The translations under genes and the position numbers were made by a program. 62,727 nucleotides of DNA from a virus (lineage: Duplodnaviria; Caudoviricetes): positions 1-62,727 of IMG/VR virus record IMGVR_UViG_3300009703_000018; one strand, 5' to 3'. The number at the start of each line of letters is the position of its first letter. Position 1 is the stretch's first letter. Below are positions 26,833 to 36,742 of this stretch, piece after piece. The notes under the pieces are model-generated. The model was not told the DNA's origin and made no database searches. It saw only the letters and a list, made by a program, of their open reading frames with translations.

Positions 26833-28188
26833 ATGCTTGGTTTTGGAGCAATAGGCGAACTTCCTCTCTCTACCCTACCTACTACAACGGGTACTGAAGC
26901 TACAGGGAGTGCTAATCTATCAGCATCCGCATCTGTGTCTAGTGCAGGCGTGCTACACATGGTTGGTGCTGGAAATCTATCTGCATCTGGAACCACTCTT
27001 AATGCTGGAATGGTTAATATAGCCGCTGCCAGCTTGTTGGCTGATTCTGGAACCCTTACGGCTTCTGGTGTCACTACTATGGTAGGGGCTTCTGCTAAAT
27101 CAGCGTCTGCAACATTATCTGCTTCTCCTGAGTTAACAATCTTAGTAAGTAGCTCTGCTTCATCCTCTGGTACAGTTACGCCAAGTCCAAAGTTAACAAT
27201 TAAAGCAGTATCTTCGCTAAGTAGCGCAGGAACTGTTTCTGCTGATGGTTATGCGATAAAACTAGGCGTTAGCTCGCTTTCCACCTCTGCTACTCAGTCC
27301 TCTGCTCAAACCTTGAATATTGGGGCTGTTTCTTCGTTATCTTCTTCTGTCACAATGTTGTCAGACGAGGATATGATTTTCATTCCTGCTATCGCAATAT
27401 CTGCTTCCGCTACGCTTTCTGCCGCTGGCGTAGTTACTAGACATGGATCTGCCAGCCTTTCTGCTTCTGGAACAACCTTAAATGTTGGCGTGGTTCATAT
27501 GGTTTCTGCCAGTTTGTTGGCTGATACCGTAACGCTGTCTGGTGGTATAGTAGGTACATTTACACCTAGTAAAGAGTTGTCTGCTAGCGCTAGTATTTCT
27601 AGCACTCCAATTCTAAACATTAATGAAGCAAAGGGAATAGTTGGATCTGTTTCAGTTTCTTCTAATGGAATAGTTGAAAAAGTTGGACAAGCTCATTTAT
27701 CTACCGTAGGGCCATTTGATACAGGTTTTACACAAGGTTTTAATAGAGGGTCTGTATTAAGTGGTAAGGGAACAGTAACTCAAGAGATTTTAAGTGCTAG
27801 GGCCTCTATGCACGGCTTTGGTACTGTCGAAAGATTAGCCTCTGCCAATCTAGCGACAAGCGCTACCTTCACCGCTGGCGTTGTTGCCTTCCGAAGTACA
27901 GCATCTTTGACTGGAAATAGTGTATTATTACTTGGAGGGGCTGCTAATCTTAACGCATTAGCCGCGATAACACCCGTACTCTCCACCGACTATGATAACC
28001 CAGACGTAGTAAAAATAACGCTTTATATAGACAAATCTAGAAGTGTTGATTTGTACATAGATAAGGTAAAACCATTTACAAACTACATAGACAAAGAATT
28101 TAGCTTAACTGCAAGTATTGACAGGTCAAAAAGCAAGATTGGATACATAGATAAAATTGTTAGCAAAACACTTGTAAGAGAGAGATAA
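26833..28188 (+). CDS. Ser/Ala-rich repetitive virion protein
   Basis: MLGFGAIGELPLS start, ~20-aa beta repeats, C-terminal (Y/S)ID(K/R) repeated five times at 10-aa period. Confidence 0.7.
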   Translation: MLGFGAIGELPLSTLPTTTGTEATGSANLSASASVSSAGVLHMVGAGNLSASGTTLNAGMVNIAAASLLADSGTLTASGVTTMVGASAKSASATLSASPELTILVSSSASSSGTVTPSPKLTIKAVSSLSSAGTVSADGYAIKLGVSSLSTSATQSSAQTLNIGAVSSLSSSVTMLSDEDMIFIPAIAISASATLSAAGVVTRHGSASLSASGTTLNVGVVHMVSASLLADTVTLSGGIVGTFTPSKELSASASISSTPILNINEAKGIVGSVSVSSNGIVEKVGQAHLSTVGPFDTGFTQGFNRGSVLSGKGTVTQEILSARASMHGFGTVERLASANLATSATFTAGVVAFRSTASLTGNSVLLLGGAANLNALAAITPVLSTDYDNPDVVKITLYIDKSRSVDLYIDKVKPFTNYIDKEFSLTASIDRSKSKIGYIDKIVSKTLVRER

Positions 28189-28189
28189 A

Positions 28190-28501
28190 ATGCCAGCAAA
28201 TGAAATACATATGAATGACGTTGGTACAAAGTTTTTAGTAACTGTAACTGACGGCTCTAGCGCTGTTGATATTTCCAGCGCTACTTCCACAAAACAGATC
28301 ATCATTAAAAAACCATCTGGAACTAAAATGGAAAAAGCTGCTGTTTTTAATAGCGATGGAACAGATGGAAAAATGTATTACAACATAGCATCTGACGACT
28401 TAGATGAAGCTGGTACTTACAAGCTTCAGGGGAAAGTTGTTATTTCCGATGGTACATTCTTTACAGATATAAGCACATTCAAAGTTCATAGAAATTTATA
28501 G
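28190..28501 (+). CDS. BppU-N/Ig-like virion protein
   Basis: KKPSG...DGTDGKMYY...DLDEAGTYKLQ motif. Confidence 0.7.
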   Translation: MPANEIHMNDVGTKFLVTVTDGSSAVDISSATSTKQIIIKKPSGTKMEKAAVFNSDGTDGKMYYNIASDDLDEAGTYKLQGKVVISDGTFFTDISTFKVHRNL

Positions 28502-28510
28502 GAGACGATT

Positions 28511-29020
28511 ATGCCTTGGCAAAATGAAATGACTCTAATAGTTCGTCACCTAGTGAACGATTTAGATTCTAGCAATTACACTTTTACCGACGATAGACTT
28601 GAAGAGTCTGTTTTGGTTTCTGCTCAGTTAGCATCTTTAGAAATTGATTTTGAGTCTACATACACAATAGACGTAGATTCTTTGACTTTAAGCCCAGATC
28701 CAACTACATCATCTGACAAAGATGATTCTTTTATTAATTTGGTTTCGCTGAAGACAGCCCAGATGTTATTGGGTAGTGAGCTTAAAACACATTCGCTTAA
28801 TGCTATCTCTCTTAGAGATGGGCCATCAGCTTTGGATCTTAGGGGTATTGTTACTGGATTAAAGATTTTATTTGATGATATCAATAGAAGATTTGAAGAA
28901 GCTAAAACTCAATACAAACTCAACGGTGTTGTTGGACAGGCTATACTTGGGCCTTACTCACCGGGAAGTGATGCCGTAGCAAGAACACACTTAACAAATA
29001 GGTCAGGATGGTTTGAATAA
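28511..29020 (+). CDS. Head-tail adaptor-like protein
   Basis: VRHLVND...YTFTDDRL helical pattern; position in the neck region. Confidence 0.55.
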   Translation: MPWQNEMTLIVRHLVNDLDSSNYTFTDDRLEESVLVSAQLASLEIDFESTYTIDVDSLTLSPDPTTSSDKDDSFINLVSLKTAQMLLGSELKTHSLNAISLRDGPSALDLRGIVTGLKILFDDINRRFEEAKTQYKLNGVVGQAILGPYSPGSDAVARTHLTNRSGWFE

Positions 29021-31227
29021 TGGCTGAGTATAAAAAGGCAGATTTAAAAACTAAGCTAGAAGCTGACTTAGCTGATAATGATAAAGGTAATATTACAGCT
29101 AAAGTGCTTAGAAATAGCATGCTTCATATTGTTGATTCTATTACCCCAATTGTTGGTAGTGGAACACAAAACTTTTTTAAGTTTGATTTAGCTATACGCG
29201 ACAGCGGTATTACCACGGCTAACACTACGATAAACAGAATTAGTTCTAAATGGGGTACAAATAGTGTAGCTTCAATAGACTTCCAATCTGGAATTGATGC
29301 CGCTAACAAGGGAGATGGCGGCATAGATATTTATACTTCTTCTTCTGGGGTCGCTTTAGGTGGCTCAGGAAGAATGAAAAGAATATCAATAGAACCCGAA
29401 GGTCAATTTCATATATATGGAAGTGGTGTAAACCCACCTTTGAGAATTGATAGATCTCATCCAGACTCTGGCGTTGCAATGCTTGTCAGAACTAGCCCAA
29501 ATTTACTTGCTGCTAGTAGTGGAAATAGAATGTATTTTGGTCACCTTGACGAAAGAACTAGAGTCTTTGACAAGAGAATGACCATTGATCATGATGGTAA
29601 GTTTGGCTTAAACATTGAAAAACCAACAGACCCTGTGCATGTTAGGGCTTCTGGAAACGCAATAAGATATGACGTACAAAGCGCCCCAACGAATACCGCA
29701 GACATTGTCATATCAAAATACAAAGGCAATGAAGCCTTTGAGCAAGACAGCTTACTAGCAACCTTTGGAATGGGCGTTGATACAAGCGCTAGTGGAGCAG
29801 CTAGATTCTTTATTGGTTACGACGACGATAGAAAACATAGAGTAAACTTTGACGAAGCTATGTTCGTTATGACCAGCGGTGGCAAAGCGTCATTTGGATC
29901 TCTCTATCCAAAAGAACAGCTTGTTGTTGGAACTGACTTAGGAAAACACACCGTAGCGAGTGGTGACAGAGCTTTAGTGGTTGGCGCTCAATATGGTAAT
30001 GCAGAACTGTTTATAGGTTCTGGTAATGCTAATACTAATATATCTAACTTCACGCGATTTAGATGGAACAGCTCAACTAAACAACAATTTATAGAAACAA
30101 GATCAAATGGAATTACAAGACATAATCAAGTTGTCCTAGATTCCACAAACAACAATATTGGTTTTGCAAGTTCTGGAGTTAGACGAACAGATTGGCGACC
30201 TTTATTTAACACACATGTCTACTCTAGTGGAACTGTGAATGTTGCTTTAGAAAACCCAATGGGTAGCCAGTCTGCAATTTTGGTTGGTTCTAATACTTCT
30301 GGCAGCGGTGATGTTACGATTGGTAACTGGTCTTCTATTGGTTACAAATCTGCAACTGATGTATTAAAGATAAATAACTCTGGGTCTTTTATTCCTAATC
30401 ATTTAACCATTGACCGATTGGGTCATGTTGGTGTTAACACAGATTCACCTTACGATAACTTTGCTGCCGGTACAAATTACCTACACGTTAAAGGAAACAA
30501 TGCTTCGATTATGGTGGGAGACAATGCCACCTACTCAGCGATCCGTCTGTTTGGTTCTAGAAGTACAACAGACACAGCCTATATCCAAGCAGGAACTAGT
30601 GCCGCTGATACTGGAGCAAAGCTTGCTATTAGTCGATTTGATAGTGATACAAATAATATTTCTGAATTCTCTATCAGATCCGACAAAACAACTATGTACG
30701 GAAACATTGCCCTCAATGATAAGTGGGTAAGTAACGATGGCGGTGACGAAGGTATCAGAGTTGCCGATGATGGTAAGGTCGGAATCAATGTTGCATCCCC
30801 AACACACGAACTTCAGTTAAGTAGCAACTCGGCTGGTAAACCAGTTAGTTCTGTTTGGACTGTTGTTTCTGACTCTCGTGTTAAGGAAGACATAAGTGAT
30901 ATTACTGGAGCTTTAGACAAGATTGATGCGCTGAGACCAGTTAAGTTTAAGTATACACATGATTATTGCAATTGTGATCACTCTGGAAACATAGATGACG
31001 ACACTTATTACTACAACTTTATAGCGCAAGAAGTTGAGACGCATCTTCCTGAAGCTGTTACGACAACTAATATTGACGTACACAATCATGATACCGACGA
31101 AGTGTTGGTTGAAAACATAAAAACTCTAGATGCACATATTATTAACGTTTACTTAGTTTCCGCAATCAAAGAGCTTAAGACAGAACTTGATGCGGCTAAA
31201 GCAAGAATCACTGAATTAGAATCCTAA
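29020..31227 (+). CDS. Tail fibre with C-terminal intramolecular chaperone (peptidase S74)
   Basis: GxVGIxxxxP fibre repeats; SDSRVKEDI (30868), FIAQEVE, LVSAIKEL coiled coil. Confidence 0.9.
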   Translation: MAEYKKADLKTKLEADLADNDKGNITAKVLRNSMLHIVDSITPIVGSGTQNFFKFDLAIRDSGITTANTTINRISSKWGTNSVASIDFQSGIDAANKGDGGIDIYTSSSGVALGGSGRMKRISIEPEGQFHIYGSGVNPPLRIDRSHPDSGVAMLVRTSPNLLAASSGNRMYFGHLDERTRVFDKRMTIDHDGKFGLNIEKPTDPVHVRASGNAIRYDVQSAPTNTADIVISKYKGNEAFEQDSLLATFGMGVDTSASGAARFFIGYDDDRKHRVNFDEAMFVMTSGGKASFGSLYPKEQLVVGTDLGKHTVASGDRALVVGAQYGNAELFIGSGNANTNISNFTRFRWNSSTKQQFIETRSNGITRHNQVVLDSTNNNIGFASSGVRRTDWRPLFNTHVYSSGTVNVALENPMGSQSAILVGSNTSGSGDVTIGNWSSIGYKSATDVLKINNSGSFIPNHLTIDRLGHVGVNTDSPYDNFAAGTNYLHVKGNNASIMVGDNATYSAIRLFGSRSTTDTAYIQAGTSAADTGAKLAISRFDSDTNNISEFSIRSDKTTMYGNIALNDKWVSNDGGDEGIRVADDGKVGINVASPTHELQLSSNSAGKPVSSVWTVVSDSRVKEDISDITGALDKIDALRPVKFKYTHDYCNCDHSGNIDDDTYYYNFIAQEVETHLPEAVTTTNIDVHNHDTDEVLVENIKTLDAHIINVYLVSAIKELKTELDAAKARITELES

Positions 31228-31241
31228 CAAGGAGATAAAAA

Positions 31242-31811
31242 ATGGCTGATGTAGCTACAAATGTAAGACCAACCGCAGATGCCGCCTCAAGAAATGGCAG
31301 TGTTGTAGTTGGCGCACCAAGAGGTGCTAATACCAATGCGATTGGAACTCAGTATAGAATACGAGCTGGTGGAGAACATGCTACCGCAACGATTACTTTT
31401 ACTGGTGCTGCAAGCGTTGACGAAACAATTGTAATCATTGATGCTGATGGTGTTTCTAAAACCTATACAGCAAAATCAGGAACAACGGCGGGAAGTCTTC
31501 AGTTTATTAATACTGACAAGAATGCTGCTGCCACAGCTTTAAAATCTTGTATCGAGAATGCTGCCGGTCACAATGGATCAATCGCTGTTGCTGATGACGA
31601 AGCTGGTGTTTTAACTTTGACGCAAATGCAACCCGGAGCTAAAGGCAACACAACCATTACTGAAGGTCTTAGCAATTGCACAAAGACAGATTTCAGTGGT
31701 GGAACATCAGAGTCTGGTGTAAACGATGCAAGAATTGTTTCTGGCTTAGAAACTAAGTACACAAACAGATTTGATGATCCTCGTTACTATTCCGGTGATG
31801 CAGTTGGTTAA
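31242..31811 (+). CDS. Virion protein with inserted beta-sandwich domain
   Basis: ATATITFTG...VLTLTQ..PGAKGNTTI...FSGG; strong AAGGAG RBS. Confidence 0.55.
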   Translation: MADVATNVRPTADAASRNGSVVVGAPRGANTNAIGTQYRIRAGGEHATATITFTGAASVDETIVIIDADGVSKTYTAKSGTTAGSLQFINTDKNAAATALKSCIENAAGHNGSIAVADDEAGVLTLTQMQPGAKGNTTITEGLSNCTKTDFSGGTSESGVNDARIVSGLETKYTNRFDDPRYYSGDAVG

Positions 31812-31821
31812 GGTTTAAAAA

Positions 31822-32313
31822 ATGGCTCTTAATTTACCCCCAAGTGCGTTTACAAAATTAAACGAAGCAATTCTTCTGTTTAATCGTACATGCACTTTAG
31901 TTTATCCAGAAAGACGACAAACGTGTGAAAACTGTGTTACTAACACGTTTGGAGGAAGGTCTACTAATACATATAAGTCTGGTGGCCCTGCTCCTTTTAA
32001 TAGAGGTGTTAACTGTCCGTTATGTGGTGGTGAAGGATATAAGGATGTAGAAACTACAGAATCGGTAGAATTAAGAATATATTACAACAGAAGAGATTTT
32101 ATTGATGTTGGCTTTAACGCTGATATACCAAATAACGTTATACAAACTGTTGGGTATATGGACGACTACGCTAAGCTAACAAAAGCTAAAGAGCTTTTAG
32201 TTGATGTTGGATCGCATAACCAAGGTAGGTACAAAAGGGCATCTGAACCTTACAACCAAGGCTTTAAACAAAACCCTACTCAATATATTGTTATATTTTG
32301 GGAGAGGGTTTAA
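31822..32313 (+). CDS. Head-closure/neck protein with Zn finger
   Basis: CENC...CPLCGGEG; position in the neck region. Confidence 0.55.
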   Translation: MALNLPPSAFTKLNEAILLFNRTCTLVYPERRQTCENCVTNTFGGRSTNTYKSGGPAPFNRGVNCPLCGGEGYKDVETTESVELRIYYNRRDFIDVGFNADIPNNVIQTVGYMDDYAKLTKAKELLVDVGSHNQGRYKRASEPYNQGFKQNPTQYIVIFWERV

Positions 32314-32999
32314 TGGTTAAGGGAAATTTATCAATAGATCTTCTTGGCACTGCCTCTGATTTTGAAAAATATATCATGAGAGCCATAGAAAAACAGATGG
32401 ACAAAGCTGTTAATAAATCAATAAAGATTATTCAATCAAAAGCTAGACCTATTATTGAGTCAGCCATAAGCCAGTGTGACGAAATGCAGGCTTTACTAAG
32501 TGGCCCACTAAGGGGTGAACTTGGGTTGTCTTCATCTGCTGCAAAAAATGCCGTTGATAATATCTCAGAGGCTATTGGTCAAGCCATTTCATTTACCAAC
32601 ACAAGCTCTAAAACCAAAAAGGGAACTGGTGGTCTTGAGGTTCATTTTCAACCAATGTCTTTTTTAAATGTTTTATCTTTGTCAGATGGTTCATATTCCT
32701 ACAGAAAAAGGGCAACGCTTTGGGGGCAGATTGTTTCCGCTAATGTACAAATTGATTGGCTTAATTGGTTATTACTTAAAGGTGATTCGGTTATAGTTTC
32801 AAATTTTACCTTTAAGCCGCAAGTTGGAAAAGGTAGAAGTGGTGAGGGTAAAATGCAAAAAGGTGGGTCTTGGAGAATAAGTCCATCGTATGCAGGAACA
32901 GCACAAGATAATTTTATCACCAGAGCTTTACAGTCACAGACGACTGTTAAAGAAATATCCAAAGTTATTCAAGACGCAATAAAAAAGAACTGGGATTAA
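32313..32999 (+). CDS. Neck/tail-completion-region protein
   Basis: ATG at 32313 coupled by TAATG; WLNWLL..G and GTAQDNFITRA motifs. Confidence 0.55.
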   Translation: MVKGNLSIDLLGTASDFEKYIMRAIEKQMDKAVNKSIKIIQSKARPIIESAISQCDEMQALLSGPLRGELGLSSSAAKNAVDNISEAIGQAISFTNTSSKTKKGTGGLEVHFQPMSFLNVLSLSDGSYSYRKRATLWGQIVSANVQIDWLNWLLLKGDSVIVSNFTFKPQVGKGRSGEGKMQKGGSWRISPSYAGTAQDNFITRALQSQTTVKEISKVIQDAIKKNWD

Positions 33000-33000
33000 A

Positions 33001-34020
33001 ATGTCAAAGTATCTAAATAAAGTAGAAAATATTGCTGACAGTACAACGTCAGGATTAATACAAGATAATTTAATTGAATGGCTCGACTGGGGTTTCATGG
33101 ACTCTGGAGGGTTTTTTAATGTTGATATTCCTACCTCTGGTTTGTTTGGTGGAGATAAACATAAACTAAGATTGGTAGATGATCCTAGATTTACTTCGGG
33201 TCAAATCTGGGAAGGCTTTAGATCTAATTGGGTATGGCAAAGCGGTCTAGGTACAGAAAACCAACCTAATACACTCAAAACACACGTTCCAAGTGCAACA
33301 TATCCAAATCAAAAAAATAAACCCGGAGTTTCTGGGGTATTTGTTAATGGAACATTTCAGCCTACTTCTGGTGTAGGCACTTACAAACACTATATTGATT
33401 ACCCTAATGGAAGGGTTGTTTTTGATAGCGCGATCAGTACTTCAAGTACGGTTACGGTTGAGCATAGTTATAAATGGGTAAAAGTAACAAAGGCTAATGA
33501 TGATTTCTTTAGAGAAGTACAATATAGATCACAACGCGCGGATGGTGATTTTACACTTGTCGGATCTGGAGACTGGTCACAATTAGCAGAAACTAGGTTG
33601 CAGTTACCTACTGTAGCTATTGAGGTTGTAAAAAATCGAAGAATGGAACCCTACGCTCTAGGTGCGTTAAATCACTACATTAATACAGATGTTTTATTTC
33701 ATGTATTAGCTGAAGATGATTATACGCGGGATAAATTGATGGATGTAATTACGTATCAAGAGGAAAAAAATGTATCAATATTTGATAGCGATATGATAGG
33801 AAGGAATAATGCTTTTCCTCTAGATTACAGAGGTATGACTAATGAAGGAGCTTACCAATACCCGAAATTTATAGATGCAAGCGGGGATGGAGGATTTAGG
33901 TACGACAAAGTGTATGGTGGAGCAATGACATTAAATAATGCTAGAATTTCACTATCGGAGGCAATTTCGCCTAATTTACACCACGGAGTCGTAAGAATGA
34001 ACACCGAGGTAATTAAGTAA
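33001..34020 (+). CDS. Tail terminator-like protein, Ser-Gly rich
   Basis: LQLPTVAIE...FHVLAEDDYTRDKLMD motif directly upstream of the tail tube gene. Confidence 0.6.
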   Translation: MSKYLNKVENIADSTTSGLIQDNLIEWLDWGFMDSGGFFNVDIPTSGLFGGDKHKLRLVDDPRFTSGQIWEGFRSNWVWQSGLGTENQPNTLKTHVPSATYPNQKNKPGVSGVFVNGTFQPTSGVGTYKHYIDYPNGRVVFDSAISTSSTVTVEHSYKWVKVTKANDDFFREVQYRSQRADGDFTLVGSGDWSQLAETRLQLPTVAIEVVKNRRMEPYALGALNHYINTDVLFHVLAEDDYTRDKLMDVITYQEEKNVSIFDSDMIGRNNAFPLDYRGMTNEGAYQYPKFIDASGDGGFRYDKVYGGAMTLNNARISLSEAISPNLHHGVVRMNTEVIK

Positions 34021-34034
34021 GTAATTACTGTAAT

Positions 34035-34045
34035 TGGTGTATAAT
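34035..34045 (+). promoter_or_regulatory. Putative late promoter TGGTGTATAAT
   Basis: Exact motif upstream of the major tail gene. Confidence 0.7.
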
Positions 34046-34088
34046 ATGTTAGAAAGACAACCTTTTTCCATCGAGGAGAGATATAAAA

Positions 34089-35183
34089 ATGGCCAATAAA
34101 AGAATTTTTTGGGCTTGCACGGCGATTGGTATTACAGCAGATAACGCTACCTTGCCGACATCCCCAATTAGCAAAAGTCCCACGTTTGTACCGGGCGTAC
34201 AAAGCGTAGGCATTAGTACGACTTTCAATCTTGAACAAGTTTTTGAACTTGGTCAGTTGGAAATCTACCAAGACGTTGAAGAAGTTCCTGATGTTGAAAT
34301 CACCATTGAGCGTGTTCTTGATGAACATCAAGCTTTATACCAGCGTGTTATGGGGCAGACAACTGACGGTTCACCTGCCAGAACTGCACACGGTAGTGTG
34401 ATTAAAATTTCTGAAAATCAGAACAATAGATGCGATGTTATTTTTGAAGTCCATGATGATAATAAAGATAACGTTGGTGACTCATTAAACTCTTCGGCAG
34501 CTGGAGACGGAGAAAGTCCACGACAATGTTGGATCTGGTGTTCTGGAATGTACGCTTCTAGTGCATCCTTTAGTATGGCTACCGATGGTAACTTTACCGA
34601 ATCTATTACCTTAGTTGGTAATCATAAGAAATGGTATAGTATCGGTCTAGATGCAAATGCAATGACAGGATCGCCAACACAAGACGATCTTCACACAGGC
34701 TCTATTTCTAGAAGACAAAATGTTTACTTGTCATCGGTTCCTTCTTCGATTAATCCGGAGGCTGGTGCTGAACTAGCTGTTAATAGTATATCTATCAGTA
34801 CAGACTTTGGTCGTGAAAAGATTAACGTACTTGGTAAGAGATTGCCTTATCATAGATATGTTACCTTCCCAGTCGAAGTTACATGTGATATCGAAGTTAC
34901 TATCACAGATGCTATTAGTCAAGATATTGATGCTGATCCAAACAAAGATAACCTTTCCGAAGAAAGCATTGTAGCTGTTGTTACATCAACTCCGGTAGAG
35001 GACATTGACTCTGCGGGTGGCGCATCTGCGCTTCATACGTTTGATCTTGGATCTAAGAACAAGGTAACCTCGGTTACATACGGTGGTGGTGATACTGGTG
35101 GTGCTAATGCTACTATGAGTTACTCATATCGTAACTTTAATAGATTGAACTACACCTATGGTGGTAGCACTCTGCATGACTAA
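34089..35183 (+). CDS. Major tail (tube) protein
   Basis: GVQSVGISTTFNLEQVFELGQ; own promoter, GAGGAG RBS and terminator; upstream of chaperones and the tape measure gene. Confidence 0.75.
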   Translation: MANKRIFWACTAIGITADNATLPTSPISKSPTFVPGVQSVGISTTFNLEQVFELGQLEIYQDVEEVPDVEITIERVLDEHQALYQRVMGQTTDGSPARTAHGSVIKISENQNNRCDVIFEVHDDNKDNVGDSLNSSAAGDGESPRQCWIWCSGMYASSASFSMATDGNFTESITLVGNHKKWYSIGLDANAMTGSPTQDDLHTGSISRRQNVYLSSVPSSINPEAGAELAVNSISISTDFGREKINVLGKRLPYHRYVTFPVEVTCDIEVTITDAISQDIDADPNKDNLSEESIVAVVTSTPVEDIDSAGGASALHTFDLGSKNKVTSVTYGGGDTGGANATMSYSYRNFNRLNYTYGGSTLHD

Positions 35184-35203
35184 GAGATGATTAGCTGACT
35201 TTT

Positions 35204-35229
35204 AAGGGGCTGGAAAACCAGCCCCTTTT
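35204..35229 (+). terminator. Rho-independent terminator
   Basis: AAGGGGCTGG-AAAA-CCAGCCCCTT-TT, with an outer CTGAC/GTCAG extension. Confidence 0.8.
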
Positions 35230-35299
35230 GTCAGTTCAATGCGATAGCCAAATATTTAGGATAGGCAAGTGTGAACTGACTTTATACATAGGACTATGC

Positions 35300-36337
35300 A
35301 TGGAACTTTATGAGAGAGAACTTTTATTATCAAAGGTGCTTCTTGGAAGCTCGGTAATAGAAATTGGTGATGGTAAATACATTTATGTAAATCCATTAAC
35401 TGTAAAGCAAAACTTTTTTGCCCAAAGACTTTATAAAAGGGTTTATGAAGAAGCTCTTCTTTCTGGTGTACTAACTAGAAAAGAGAGGTTAGACCTGATG
35501 ATACAAGAAGGAATTTGGAGCGAAGAATATCAGCAGCTATTAGATAAGAACACAAAGTTAATTGAAAATACAAAAATAGAACTTTTTGAAAACTTTTTGA
35601 GACCAAGCGCAAGAGAAAAAATTAGGAAAAAAATAAGAACGCTAGAAAAAGAACAATTTGATTTACACAAAATTAAACACGAATCTGATCACCTAGACTG
35701 TGAAGGAATTGCAACTTACGCTAGGTGGAATTGGACAATAGAAAATACAACAACCCATGAAGATGGAACTGTTTATGATTTTGAATCTTTAAGCGTAGGT
35801 TCAGTTTTATCTAAGCATCATGATCAACAAAATTTTGAAGCAGACGATTTAAGGGAATTGGCAAGGAGTAGCCCTTGGAGAAACATTTGGAGCATGTGTA
35901 AAGATGTTGGAAAAATATTTGAACGCAGTGTTTCAGAACTTACCGAAGGGCAAGAAAATTTAGTGGGATGGTCTAAACTTTATGACACTGTCAATGAAGC
36001 TAGTGAACCCCCAAAAAGCGAAGTAATAGAAGACGACGATGCTTTAGACGGCTGGTTAGCCAAACAAAGAAGAGAAAGAGAAAAAGAACAGGGTCAACGA
36101 GCAATAAGCGAAAAGCACGGAAACGCTGATGAAGTTATGCTAATGGCTCAATCTAGAGAAGAAATTGATGAAATATCTTCTTTGAATGACCCGCACAGCA
36201 AAGGCGTTAAAAAAGCAAGAATGGCTAAATTAAATAGCAAAGCAGCACATAGTGGTAGAGGATTAGAGTATCACAAATTTACGGATAGAAAGCAACAGGC
36301 AATGATAGAAGCAAACAATGCAGGGATGTCAAAATAG
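35300..36337 (+). CDS. Tail-assembly-region protein (chaperone-like)
   Basis: ATG at 35300 with AGGA RBS; charged and helical; between the tube and tape measure genes. Confidence 0.55.
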   Translation: MELYERELLLSKVLLGSSVIEIGDGKYIYVNPLTVKQNFFAQRLYKRVYEEALLSGVLTRKERLDLMIQEGIWSEEYQQLLDKNTKLIENTKIELFENFLRPSAREKIRKKIRTLEKEQFDLHKIKHESDHLDCEGIATYARWNWTIENTTTHEDGTVYDFESLSVGSVLSKHHDQQNFEADDLRELARSSPWRNIWSMCKDVGKIFERSVSELTEGQENLVGWSKLYDTVNEASEPPKSEVIEDDDALDGWLAKQRREREKEQGQRAISEKHGNADEVMLMAQSREEIDEISSLNDPHSKGVKKARMAKLNSKAAHSGRGLEYHKFTDRKQQAMIEANNAGMSK

Positions 36338-36343
36338 GAGTTT

Positions 36344-36742
36344 ATGATGGAAGAATCATATGCAGAATTAGTTAGAAAATCGGAAAATTACAAATCCGAA
36401 AAAAATACAAAATTTAAAGAGATATCAAAAGACAGGTTGCTTAAGATATCCAAAAAGAAAGTACAAACTACCATGATTGGTGCTTTAAGCACTATAGAAA
36501 AACATCTTGGTTTTTTGTGGGGTTATGAAAGTTCTGAACCTTTAACACCAGAACAAGAACACCTCAAACAATTATATGAAGAAGTTAGGTCGGAAATACT
36601 TGACAGGGGCAATAACCAATCTAGAAATCTAGAAGCGGAATTTGCTAATTATGATATCAATTGGCTAAGGTATCAAATTACATTACCTGTTAAGAGCATT
36701 AACAAACAAGGAGAAGAAGATGGCAGTTCCAAAGAGAATTGA
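36344..36742 (+). CDS. Hypothetical tail-region protein
   Basis: AGGAG RBS; helical. Confidence 0.65.
   Translation: MMEESYAELVRKSENYKSEKNTKFKEISKDRLLKISKKKVQTTMIGALSTIEKHLGFLWGYESSEPLTPEQEHLKQLYEEVRSEILDRGNNQSRNLEAEFANYDINWLRYQITLPVKSINKQGEEDGSSKEN

Noticed and set aside
31242-31811. Tail sheath gene (contractile tail)
   Set aside because: Only 189 aa; resembles at most an accessory domain, and no full sheath or baseplate wedge genes were recognised.
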